Shown here: positions 20,172-29,090 of the stretch, piece after piece
Numbering within the stretch: position 1 is the first letter of the stretch
Layout: every line of letters starts with the position of its first letter
Assembly (NCBI GenBank): GCA_902561325.1
Contig: CACEOL010000004.1
Span: forward strand, 8,349 to 72,348
Origin: an uncultured SAR86 cluster bacterium
Lineage (GTDB): Bacteria > Pseudomonadota > Gammaproteobacteria > Magnimaribacterales > AG-339-G14
Length of the DNA stretch: 64,000 nucleotides
Direction: 5' to 3'
Program-made: the position numbers and the translations under genes
Notes under the pieces: generated by a model
What the model saw: the letters and a program-made list of their open reading frames with translations, nothing else
Database searches by the model: none
What the model was told of the DNA's origin: nothing

Positions 20172-21215
20172 GCTTTTATTAATTTCTTCCAAAATCTCAC
20201 TTCCTGGACAAAGTTCGTCTTGTTCTAAAGTATTTAAAGGTTTATCAGGTAAATCCATTATTTCAGTCAGAGACTTACATTTATTATCTACGTAAAGAAG
20301 TCCAGTAATAATTTTTCCTTCTTTATTTTTTTCCCTAATTAGATCCAAAGAATTTCCTGCATCTGTAGGATCAAAATTATTATCGGTTTTTTCTAGAGAT
20401 AGTCTAGACCCATCATGAAGTTTAACTTCTACACTTGAGCCTTCATCATAATTTGTCTTTATTTCTTCTCCTAATGGGACAAAGTCTGTTTTACCCATTG
20501 CTTCGTTATGATTTCGAATGTAGTCATAACTTTTTGTTGAAGAATCATGATTGTTGAAAGTTACGCAAGGACTAATAATATCCAAGAGCGCAAAACCTTT
20601 ATGTTGTATAGCTCCCATAATTAAAGGTACTAACTGATCTCTATCCCCAGAAAAACTTCGAGCTACATATGATGCTCCCATCTGTATTGCCATAGAAGTT
20701 AGATCTATCGGAGGAAATAAATTATCTTCTCCATACTTATTTTTGGATTCAAGATCGTTTGTTGCGGAAAATTGTCCTTTAGTTAAACCATAAGTTCCAT
20801 TATTTTCAACAAAATAAACCATATTAACTTGCCTTCTAATTGCATGGATAAATTGCCCAATACCAATTGAGGCACTATCTCCATCTCCCGATACCCCTAA
20901 GTAAAGAAGATCTTCATTGGCACAGTTTGCACCTGTGGCTATTGAAGGCATTCTTCCATGGACAGAATTAAATCCATGAGAAGCATTTAAAAAATATGCT
21001 GGAGCTTTTGAAGAACAACCAATACCAGATAATTTAGCTACTTTATAAGCTTCGATATTCAGCCTAAAACAAGCTTCAATGATACAAGCACTTATAGAAT
21101 CATGACCACATCCAGCACATAGAGTAGAAACGCCTCCTTCATAGTCTCTTCTTGTAAGACCTAATTTATTTTTTTCTAAGTTAGGATGTTTATTTATTGG
21201 TTTAAAGTAACTCAT
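20163..21215 (-). CDS. 2-oxoacid:ferredoxin oxidoreductase beta subunit (KorB-like)
   Basis: LCAGCGH, SGIGCSS, HGR, TPP motif GDGD...ENN.TYGLTKGQ, SPCVTFN. Confidence 0.93.
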   Translation of the reverse strand: MSYFKPINKHPNLEKNKLGLTRRDYEGGVSTLCAGCGHDSISACIIEACFRLNIEAYKVAKLSGIGCSSKAPAYFLNASHGFNSVHGRMPSIATGANCANEDLLYLGVSGDGDSASIGIGQFIHAIRRQVNMVYFVENNGTYGLTKGQFSATNDLESKNKYGEDNLFPPIDLTSMAIQMGASYVARSFSGDRDQLVPLIMGAIQHKGFALLDIISPCVTFNNHDSSTKSYDYIRNHNEAMGKTDFVPLGEEIKTNYDEGSSVEVKLHDGSRLSLEKTDNNFDPTDAGNSLDLIREKNKEGKIITGLLYVDNKCKSLTEIMDLPDKPLNTLEQDELCPGSEILEEINKSLS

Positions 21216-23044
21216 GTCATTAAGGCCTGTTGTGATTCTCTTTCGTAAATTTTCTTAGCAATAAATTTTGCTTGAATTGGATCACCATTAAACCAAACTA
21301 GTGATCTAAGCTTTTCTGCTGAAATTCCTCCTTCAGCCATTATTAAAGTTCTCATTTGGCTATCTCTATTTTGTTCAATTACATATATAAGGTCATGGTT
21401 TTCAATGAATTCCCATACATCTAAGTTGAAAGGAAAAGATCTAATTCTCATTAAATCTACTTCAATATTATTTTCGTTAAGAATGTCTTTAGCTTCATAC
21501 ATTGCAGCAGATGTACTACCGTAAAAAATTACCCCAGAGCTTCCTTGTTTTTCAGAAAGATTAATTATTGGGTCGGGAACTAATTCAGATGCAGTTCTAA
21601 ATTTTTTTACTAGCCTTGTTAAAGTTTGCTCATTGATATCTCCATTTTCTGTATACCTAGCATATTCATCATGAGATGTTCCTCTCGTAAAGAAAGCTCC
21701 CTTCTCTGGATGAGTTCCTGGATAAGTTCTATAACAAATACCATCATCATCGACATCTAAATATCTACCAAAATTATCCATATTATCTAAATCTTCAGCT
21801 TTAAGAACTTTTCCTCTGTCGTATTTTTGATTATCATCCCATTCAAATTTATCTGTAACCCAATCATTCATTCCAATATCTAAATCGCTAATTACAAATA
21901 CAGGAGTTTGTAATCTTTCAGCTAAATTGAAAGCTTCTGCAGAAAATTCAAAACATTCCTGAGGGTCTTCAGGAAATAAAAGTACATGTTTGGTATCTCC
22001 ATGAGAAGCATAAGCACAAGAGAGAATATCTGATTGTTGGGTTCTTGTCGGCATTCCGGTTGAAGGCCCACCTCTTTGAATATTAAAAATAACTAGAGGC
22101 ACTTCTGCAAAGTAAGCAAGACCTAAAAATTCACTCATTAATGAAATTCCTGGACCGCTTGTTGCAGTAAAACCTCTTGCGCCATTCCAATTTGCACCTA
22201 TCGCCATACCAATAGCAGCTAATTCATCTTCAGCTTGAACACTTATGTAATTATTTTTTTCTGTCTGTGAGTCAATCCTGTACTTTGAGGCATACTTTTC
22301 AAAGCCTTCTGCAACAGAGGTAGATGGCGTTATTGGATACCAAGAGCAAAATGTAGCTCCCCCATATACTGCTCCTAAACCACAAGCATCATTTCCTGAA
22401 ACAAGTATTTTATTTTTAAGCTTATCTTCTCTTTTGACATTAATTCCTAGCGGATAAGGTAAATTTTTTAAGACGTAGTCTCTTCCGATATTTAAAGCTT
22501 TTATATTTGGCTCAATAAGAGCAGGCTTGCTTACAAATTGTTCCGAAATTAATTTCTCAAGCACCTCATATTCGATTTCTAAAAGAGGCGATAATGCTCC
22601 TACATAAGCAATATTTTTAAATAAAGCCCTTTGTTTAGCATTTGTGAAGGAATCCACACAAAGTTGTGTTAATGGAATTTCAATAATTGTGATGTCATCC
22701 CTATTAAAATTTCTTTTCCAAGTTGAATCATATAAAAGGTAACCGCCTTCTGAAATCTCCTCAATATCTTGAGAATAAGTTTGGGGATTCATTGCAACAG
22801 CAATATCTACACCACCTCTACTTCCTAAATATCCTTTATTATTAACTCTGACTTCAAACCAAGTTGGTAAACCTTGGATATTTGAAGGAAAAATATTTTT
22901 TGGACTTATGGGTATTCCCATCCTAAAAATAGACTTTGCAAACATTTGGTTTGCACTTGCAGAACCTGTTCCATTAACATTTGCAAATTTAATGACAAAG
23001 TCATTAAGCGAATTAATAGGATCTACTTTTACAGGATTTTCCAT
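21212..23044 (-). CDS. 2-oxoacid:acceptor oxidoreductase alpha subunit (gamma-alpha fusion, KorA-like)
   Basis: NVNGTGSASAN, YPITPS, QAEDE, TATSGPG, QRGGPSTGMPT. Confidence 0.93.
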   Translation of the reverse strand: MENPVKVDPINSLNDFVIKFANVNGTGSASANQMFAKSIFRMGIPISPKNIFPSNIQGLPTWFEVRVNNKGYLGSRGGVDIAVAMNPQTYSQDIEEISEGGYLLYDSTWKRNFNRDDITIIEIPLTQLCVDSFTNAKQRALFKNIAYVGALSPLLEIEYEVLEKLISEQFVSKPALIEPNIKALNIGRDYVLKNLPYPLGINVKREDKLKNKILVSGNDACGLGAVYGGATFCSWYPITPSTSVAEGFEKYASKYRIDSQTEKNNYISVQAEDELAAIGMAIGANWNGARGFTATSGPGISLMSEFLGLAYFAEVPLVIFNIQRGGPSTGMPTRTQQSDILSCAYASHGDTKHVLLFPEDPQECFEFSAEAFNLAERLQTPVFVISDLDIGMNDWVTDKFEWDDNQKYDRGKVLKAEDLDNMDNFGRYLDVDDDGICYRTYPGTHPEKGAFFTRGTSHDEYARYTENGDINEQTLTRLVKKFRTASELVPDPIINLSEKQGSSGVIFYGSTSAAMYEAKDILNENNIEVDLMRIRSFPFNLDVWEFIENHDLIYVIEQNRDSQMRTLIMAEGGISAEKLRSLVWFNGDPIQAKFIAKKIYERESQQALMT

Positions 23045-25074
23045 TAGGCGACTTCCTTAGCTTTAGCCTTATCTTTATTTAAGTTATGCGCCTCGATGTA
23101 ATTATTTTGTTGAATATCCCAAGCACCAGTCGGACACCTTTCAGCACAGAGTCCACAATGAACACACATATCTTCATCTTTAATCATGACTCTTCCAGTA
23201 GCTAGTTTTCCTGATACATAAAGGTCTTGATCCAAATTCAAAGCCGGCACTCTAAGTTTTTCTCTAACCTTTTCTTCAGTATCATTTGTAGTGAATGTAA
23301 TGCAATCTGTCGGACAAATATCAACACAAGCATCACACTCTATACAAAGCTTTTCTTGAAAAACTGTCTGCATATCACAATTCAGACATCTCTGTGCTTC
23401 ATCAAGTGCGAGTTTCTCATCAAAGCCTAATTCGACTTCCATTTTAAGATCATTTAGAGCTTCTTTTAAATCTGCATGAGGGACTTCCAGACGAGCTTCT
23501 TGAGAAATACCGTTATCATAGGACCATTCATGAATTCCCATTTTTTGACTTACTAAATTTGTAAGTGGTGGAGGCCTATCGAATAAATCAACTTCGCTAC
23601 AAAAATTATCTATGGAAATTGCAGCTTGATGGCCGTGTGCTACAGCCCATATGATATTTTCAGGACCCCAAGCAGCGTCACCACCAAAAAAGACTTTTGG
23701 ATGAGAAGACTGCATTGTAGTTTTATCAACAATAGGGCAGTCCCATTCATTAAAATCAATTCCGATATTTTTTTCTATCCATGGAAAAGCATTGTCTTGA
23801 CCAATTGCCAGAAGCACGTCGTCGCACTCAATAATTATTTCTTCACCCGTAGGAATCAACTTTCTTTTACCATCGGTATATTGAGCTTCCATTTTTTCAA
23901 ATTTCATTCCCTTAAGCTTGCCTTCATCATCCAATAAAAACTCTTTTGGAGAAGTGTTATCTAAAATAGGAATTCCCTCATCAATTGCTTCTTCCAACTC
24001 CCAATCAGATGCCTTCATGTCTGACTTTGGACTTCTAACAGTTACTTTAACGTCATCTGCTCCTAATCTAATGGCTGTTCTACAGCAATCCATAGCTGTA
24101 TTTCCTCCTCCAATAACAATAACTTTCTTACCTATTGATTTGGTATGCTCGAAAGCAATACTTGTTAACCAATCGATTCCAATATGAATATTTTCACTAG
24201 CTTCTTTTCTACCAGGTATTTCAAGATCCTTACCTTTAGGCGCCCCTGTGCCAACAAATACAGCATCAAAAGAATCGATAACATTTTCTAGGCTATCAAT
24301 GTAGGAATTAGTTTTCAGTTCAGCTCCCATTTTGATTATTCTGTAAACCTCTTCATCTAAAACTTCCGCAGGAAGCCTAAAAGATGGAATATTGGTTCTC
24401 ATTAATCCACCGGGTTTATTATCTTTCTCAAAAATAGTAACTTCATAACCTAGTGGCAGTAAGTCTCTGGCTACTGTTAAGGATGCAGGACCTGCACCAA
24501 TCAGGCCTATTTTCTTACCATTTTTAACTTTCGGAATCTCAGGGAGATAAGGATCAATATCATTCTTGTAATCATAAGTGACTCTTTTTAGTCTACAGAT
24601 AGCTACTGGCTTATCATGAGTTCTTCCTCTTCTACATGCAGGTTCACATGGTCTATCACAGGTCCTTCCAAGTATCCCTGGAAATACGTTTGATTCCCAG
24701 TTAAGCATATATGCATCATCATATTTTTTTTGAGCTATCAAACGAATGTATTCAGGGACATTGGTATGAGCAGGACATGCATATTGGCAATCAACTACTT
24801 TATGAAAATATTGTGGATCAGAAATATCAGTTTTTTGCATGTGCTCAGTTCCTCTAAGCACAATGCCTTTATCATCTGCATTGACTTTCCTGATTTGGAA
24901 TTCAGTTTTAAACTCTTCAATTATTTTATCTCTGATGGGTATTGCTTTTTCTAAATCCTTTTCGCCAGTTGTTCTTCTTAAATCATAGCCTAATTCACTT
25001 CTTAAAGACAAAGGTACAGCAAGTTTTACCCACCATACATTGTTTCTTTTAAACAAATATTTTTTATCAGACAT
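23044..25074 (-). CDS. GltD-like FAD/NAD(P)/Fe-S oxidoreductase with C-terminal ferredoxin domain and N-terminal DUF6538-like domain
   Basis: CQYACPAH, CDRPCEPACRR, GAGPA, GGGNTAMDC, two CxxCxxCxxxCP motifs; extra 78-aa N-terminus YLFKRNNVWWVKLAVP..LR..LG..LRRTTG.KDL..A. Confidence 0.9.
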   Translation of the reverse strand: MSDKKYLFKRNNVWWVKLAVPLSLRSELGYDLRRTTGEKDLEKAIPIRDKIIEEFKTEFQIRKVNADDKGIVLRGTEHMQKTDISDPQYFHKVVDCQYACPAHTNVPEYIRLIAQKKYDDAYMLNWESNVFPGILGRTCDRPCEPACRRGRTHDKPVAICRLKRVTYDYKNDIDPYLPEIPKVKNGKKIGLIGAGPASLTVARDLLPLGYEVTIFEKDNKPGGLMRTNIPSFRLPAEVLDEEVYRIIKMGAELKTNSYIDSLENVIDSFDAVFVGTGAPKGKDLEIPGRKEASENIHIGIDWLTSIAFEHTKSIGKKVIVIGGGNTAMDCCRTAIRLGADDVKVTVRSPKSDMKASDWELEEAIDEGIPILDNTSPKEFLLDDEGKLKGMKFEKMEAQYTDGKRKLIPTGEEIIIECDDVLLAIGQDNAFPWIEKNIGIDFNEWDCPIVDKTTMQSSHPKVFFGGDAAWGPENIIWAVAHGHQAAISIDNFCSEVDLFDRPPPLTNLVSQKMGIHEWSYDNGISQEARLEVPHADLKEALNDLKMEVELGFDEKLALDEAQRCLNCDMQTVFQEKLCIECDACVDICPTDCITFTTNDTEEKVREKLRVPALNLDQDLYVSGKLATGRVMIKDEDMCVHCGLCAERCPTGAWDIQQNNYIEAHNLNKDKAKAKEVA

Positions 25075-25199
25075 TTAAAGTGTACCTTATGTTCATCTCA
25101 CGGCATTTATTTTAAAGAGATTATAGTATTTTTATTTAAAAGGTACAATACACAGTAATATGGTTATGAATTGTTTGTTTTTGATTAAATGTACCTTTT
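25011..25199. repeat. four copies of the TGTACCTT/AAGGTACA motif, including a 10-bp inverted repeat
   Basis: AAGGTACA 25011-25018; TGTACCTT 25081-25088; AAAAGGTACA 25138-25147; TGTACCTTTT 25190-25199. Confidence 0.7.
25120..25148 (-). promoter_or_regulatory. sigma70 promoter of the kor operon
   Basis: Minus strand TTGTAC (25148-25143), 17-nt spacer, TATAAT (25125-25120). Confidence 0.65.
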
Positions 25200-25215
25200 T
25201 AGATTATTGTTTTCG

Positions 25216-25224
25216 TGGTACTAT
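25216..25224 (+). promoter_or_regulatory. extended -10 promoter of the isc operon
   Basis: TGgTACTAT, 20 nt upstream of ATG 25245. Confidence 0.45.
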
Positions 25225-25244
25225 TCACGCGAAATTTAGATGAA

Positions 25245-26450
25245 ATGAATACTTATTATTTTGATTACGCTTCTACAACTCCAGTTGATTCCTTGGTGGT
25301 TGATAAGATGAAGGATTGTTTGTCAGTCGATGGAGCTTTTGGTAATTCAGGATCGAGATCACATGTTTATGGCTGGAAGGCTGAAGAATTGGTTGAGGAA
25401 GCAAGAGTAAATGTTGCCAACTTAATCAACTGTGACTCCAGGGAAATAATTTGGACTTCTGGAGCTACTGAATCAGATAACCTGGCAATTAAAGGCGCAG
25501 CATATTTCTATTCAAATAAAGGCAAACACATTATCACTTCTAAAATTGAACACAAAGCTGTTTTAGATGTATGCAGACAACTTGAAAGCGAATCTTATGA
25601 AGTTACATATTTGGAGCCCAATAAGGATGGTGTAATTACTCCAGAGTCTGTTGAAGCAGCTCTAAGAAAAGATACTGTTTTAGTTTCTTTAATGCATATT
25701 AACAATGAAATAGGCGTTATAAATGATATTGATTCTATAGGAAAAATTGTAAAACAAAATGGAAGTATCTTTCACGTTGATGCAGCACAAAGCGCTGGCA
25801 AGATTCCAATTGACATTCAGAATTTAGAGGTAGATTTAATGTCATTTTCTGCTCATAAAATTTATGGCCCTAAAGGAATCGGAGCATTATATATAAGAAG
25901 AAAGCCTAGGGTACGTCTTCAACCTTTATTCCATGGCGGAGGTCAAGAAAGAGGTATAAGGGCAGGTACACTTCCAACACACCAGATAGTGGGAATGGGC
26001 GAAGCTTTTAAGCTTGCTAAGGAAAAAATGTCAGAAGATTTTAAAAACCTATCTAAATACAGAGATATTCTTTGGAATGGATTGAAAGATATGGAAGAGG
26101 TTTATATAAACGGAGCAATAGATAATACGTTTCCAGGAATCTTTAACATGTCATTTAATTTTGTTGAAGGTGAGTCTTTGATAATGGCTTTAAAAAATAT
26201 TGCTGTTTCATCTGGTTCTGCTTGCACTTCTGCCAGTCTTGAGCCTTCTTATGTTCTAAGGGCTTTAGGAAGAAAAGATGAACTTGCTCACAGCTCTATA
26301 AGATTTTCTTTCGGAAGGTTTACAAAGGAACAAGAAGTTAAAGAAACAGTAGAGCTTGTAAAAGATTCTGTTAACAAACTTAGAGAAATCTCGCCGTTAT
26401 GGGAAATGTACCAAGATGGCGTAGATTTAGATAAAATAGAGTGGGCATAA
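25245..26450 (+). CDS. iscS: cysteine desulfurase IscS (ATG 25245 preferred over GTG 25215)
   Basis: [50 protein letters not shown]. Confidence 0.97.
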   Translation: MNTYYFDYASTTPVDSLVVDKMKDCLSVDGAFGNSGSRSHVYGWKAEELVEEARVNVANLINCDSREIIWTSGATESDNLAIKGAAYFYSNKGKHIITSKIEHKAVLDVCRQLESESYEVTYLEPNKDGVITPESVEAALRKDTVLVSLMHINNEIGVINDIDSIGKIVKQNGSIFHVDAAQSAGKIPIDIQNLEVDLMSFSAHKIYGPKGIGALYIRRKPRVRLQPLFHGGGQERGIRAGTLPTHQIVGMGEAFKLAKEKMSEDFKNLSKYRDILWNGLKDMEEVYINGAIDNTFPGIFNMSFNFVEGESLIMALKNIAVSSGSACTSASLEPSYVLRALGRKDELAHSSIRFSFGRFTKEQEVKETVELVKDSVNKLREISPLWEMYQDGVDLDKIEWA

Positions 26451-26477
26451 ATTGATAATTTTAATTGCGAGGAACTA

Positions 26478-26900
26478 ATGGCTTATTCACAGAAAGTGGT
26501 AGATAAATTTGAACAAACTCTAAAAAATCCTAAAGAAGCAAGTGTAGGTAGATGGAAACCTGGAGACAAAGATTTTCACAGAGTAGGCACAGGAATTGTT
26601 GGCGCTCCTGCGTGTGGAGATGTCATGAAGCTTCAAATTAAATGTGAAAACATAGACGGCACTAATAAGATTGTTGATGCTAAGTTCAAGACTTATGGCT
26701 GTGGTTCAGCAATTGCTTCAAGCGGAGAGCTTATTGATATGCTCAAAGGCAAAACTTTAGAAGAGGCTCAAAATATATCAAATCAAGAAATCGTAGATAT
26801 TCTTGAGTTGCCAGCTATAAAAATTCACTGTAGCGTCCTTGCTGAAGAAGCTATCCATAGGGCGATAGATGATTTCAAAAGCAGAAGAAATAATGACTAA
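26478..26900 (+). CDS. iscU: Fe-S scaffold IscU
   Basis: GAPACGDVMKLQI, FKTYGCGSAIASS, KIHCSVLAE. Confidence 0.96.
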   Translation: MAYSQKVVDKFEQTLKNPKEASVGRWKPGDKDFHRVGTGIVGAPACGDVMKLQIKCENIDGTNKIVDAKFKTYGCGSAIASSGELIDMLKGKTLEEAQNISNQEIVDILELPAIKIHCSVLAEEAIHRAIDDFKSRRNND

Positions 26901-27628
26901 TGCCAAAAATAAAAGTATTGCCTCATGCTGAAATATGTCCTGATGGTGCAGAATTTGAAGCAGAATCTGGAATTTCTGTTTGTGAAAATCTTCTTAATCA
27001 AGATATAGATATAGAACATGCTTGTGAACTCTCATGCGCTTGTACTACATGTCATGTCATTTTCACAGAAGGTTTTAATTCCTTGAATGATTCTTCAGAT
27101 GATGAGGAAGATTTATTGGATAAAGCGTGGGGCTTAGAGTCAAGATCAAGATTAAGTTGTCAGACATTAGTAGAAGATGCAGATTTGGAAATACAAATTC
27201 CTAAATACACAATAAATATGGTTTCAGAAAATCACCCTAAACCCGCTACGAACTCAACAAAAGAAATTTCTTCAAAAGATTTTGATATTTCTAATACTGC
27301 AGCTACACATTTAACTGAAATGATTAAAGCAAATAATTCTTTTGGGGTCCGCATATCTTTAAAAGACTCAGGGTGCTCAGGCTTTGCGTATCAACTTGAC
27401 TTAATCGATGACAAAGATGAAAACGATTTTGCCGGCCTAGTAAATGGAGTAAATTTATTTATTCATGATAAAAGTTTTGTTTTCCTTAAAGGTACTAAAC
27501 TTGACTTCGTCAAAAAAAACTTAAATCAAGAACTGGTTTTTTTGAATCCAAATGTTTCAGCTGAATGTGGTTGCGGTGAAAGTTTTAATTTCGACACCGA
27601 GCTTGTAAAAGACCTATCCAACAACTAA
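26900..27628 (+). CDS. fusion of ISC [2Fe-2S] ferredoxin (N-terminal) and IscA/HesB carrier (C-terminal)
   Basis: EHACELSCACTTCH...DKAWGLE..SRLSCQ, then SGCSGFAY...F.NPN...CGCGESF, in one frame. Confidence 0.92.
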   Translation: MPKIKVLPHAEICPDGAEFEAESGISVCENLLNQDIDIEHACELSCACTTCHVIFTEGFNSLNDSSDDEEDLLDKAWGLESRSRLSCQTLVEDADLEIQIPKYTINMVSENHPKPATNSTKEISSKDFDISNTAATHLTEMIKANNSFGVRISLKDSGCSGFAYQLDLIDDKDENDFAGLVNGVNLFIHDKSFVFLKGTKLDFVKKNLNQELVFLNPNVSAECGCGESFNFDTELVKDLSNN

Positions 27629-27633
27629 TTACA

Positions 27634-27828
27634 ATGGATTGGTCAGATACTTATGACATCGTAGACAGCCTCTGTGAAAAATATCCTAATGAAAAGCCTG
27701 AAAAGTTGCTTTTTTTAGATCTTATGAATATGGTTACGTCTCTTGAAGGATTTAAAGGAAAGAAAGAGAACTGTAACGAAAGAATTTTAGAAGCTATTCA
27801 GGCTACCTGGATAGAGGAGAAGGATTAA
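27634..27828 (+). CDS. iscX: Fe-S assembly protein IscX
   Basis: W.D..DI...L...YP...P....F.DL...NERILEAIQ..W. Confidence 0.9.
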   Translation: MDWSDTYDIVDSLCEKYPNEKPEKLLFLDLMNMVTSLEGFKGKKENCNERILEAIQATWIEEKD

Positions 27829-28235
27829 TGCCAGAAAAAACCTTATGCATAATTAAACCAGATGCGGTAGAAAATAATTTTGTAGATCAAATAAATGAAA
27901 TGATTGAATCAAAAGGATTGTCTATCTTAAAAAGCAAAAAAACTAATATTTCTTCTGAAATTGCAAAGCAATTTTACGCAGAGCATTCGGAAAAACCTTT
28001 CTTCAATGAACTTGTGGATTTTATAACTTCAGGACCCGCAGTGGTACAAATTCTTGAAGGCGCTTCATGCATAACAAGCTATAGAAGTTTAATGGGTGCA
28101 ACCAATCCGGAAGAAGCTGCAGAGGGTACCATTAGAAGGAAATTTGCTGAATCAATTTCTAAAAATGCAGTACATGGTTCAGACTCACCAGAATCTGCAG
28201 ACAGAGAAATTGAAATAATGTCTGCTTTGTTTTAG
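27828..28235 (+). CDS. ndk: nucleoside diphosphate kinase
   Basis: IIKPDA, FYAEH, MGATNP, NAVHGSDS. Confidence 0.97.
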   Translation: MPEKTLCIIKPDAVENNFVDQINEMIESKGLSILKSKKTNISSEIAKQFYAEHSEKPFFNELVDFITSGPAVVQILEGASCITSYRSLMGATNPEEAAEGTIRRKFAESISKNAVHGSDSPESADREIEIMSALF

Positions 28236-28244
28236 TTTAAGGTT

Positions 28245-29090
28245 ATGGAAAGCTGGAACGAACAGCTAAAGACAAAAATTCTTGAATCGGAATTATCGAT
28301 AAAAGAAATATCAGATAAAACAAAAATTCCCTCAAAATTCATTGAAGCAATTCAGAAAGCTGATTTTAAAAAACTTCCAGCTGAAATCTTTGCAAGATCT
28401 CAAATAAATCGGCTTTTTAAATTTTTAGGAATTGATCCAAGTGAAGCTCTCAAGGATTATGAAGAATTTATATCTCCACTAGAAATATCATCTGAAGATG
28501 AACCTTTAGCTGATACAAATTCTAAGTTTCAGAACTTCTTGGATAATTTAAATTTATCAAGCTTTGACAACACTTATTTCAAATATGGAATTATTTTAGT
28601 TATCTCTATTATTTTATTAATCTTAATGTTTGCTATTACGGATGATGAAGAAATAGCTTCATCAGAGAGTATTAAACAAGAGAAATCATTAGAATCTTTA
28701 GAAATTGAAAATCAAGATTTATTGATCAGTTCTTCTGAGGAAGAATTATTTAATGAGAATCCAATTAAAGAAGACTTATTTTTAAATAACGAAACCATAG
28801 ATGATTTAAGTCAAAAAGACTTATTAAGAAAGATTGAGATTGTTATTGAAGGAGAAAGTTGGGTAGTGGTTTTTGACAAAAATGAAAGGCTACTTTATGA
28901 ATTAATGCAAACCGGAAGTTATGAGCTTTCAGGAATCTCTCCACTAAGATTTAAAATAGGCTATGCTCCTGCGACCAATTTATATATCGACAATCAAAAG
29001 ATTAGTTTTTCTAGAGCAATTAAAGGAGCAACTAACTATGCTCATTTTTGGGTAAACGAGGCAAATAAAGTTGAATCAATTAGAGATTAA
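28245..29090 (+). CDS. rodZ: RodZ-like HTH/TM protein
   Basis: N-terminal HTH, single TM, C-terminal SWV...IGYAP domain; upstream of ispG. Confidence 0.8.
   Translation: MESWNEQLKTKILESELSIKEISDKTKIPSKFIEAIQKADFKKLPAEIFARSQINRLFKFLGIDPSEALKDYEEFISPLEISSEDEPLADTNSKFQNFLDNLNLSSFDNTYFKYGIILVISIILLILMFAITDDEEIASSESIKQEKSLESLEIENQDLLISSSEEELFNENPIKEDLFLNNETIDDLSQKDLLRKIEIVIEGESWVVVFDKNERLLYELMQTGSYELSGISPLRFKIGYAPATNLYIDNQKISFSRAIKGATNYAHFWVNEANKVESIRD

Noticed and set aside
24841-25200. DUF6538-like segment as the remnant of an inserted prophage or integrative element
   Set aside because: No catalytic integrase residues, att repeats or cargo; the segment is in frame and has a canonical promoter, which favours domestication.
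25215-25244. GTG start for iscS
   Set aside because: Overlaps the putative extended -10; ATG 25245 matches the usual IscS N-terminus.
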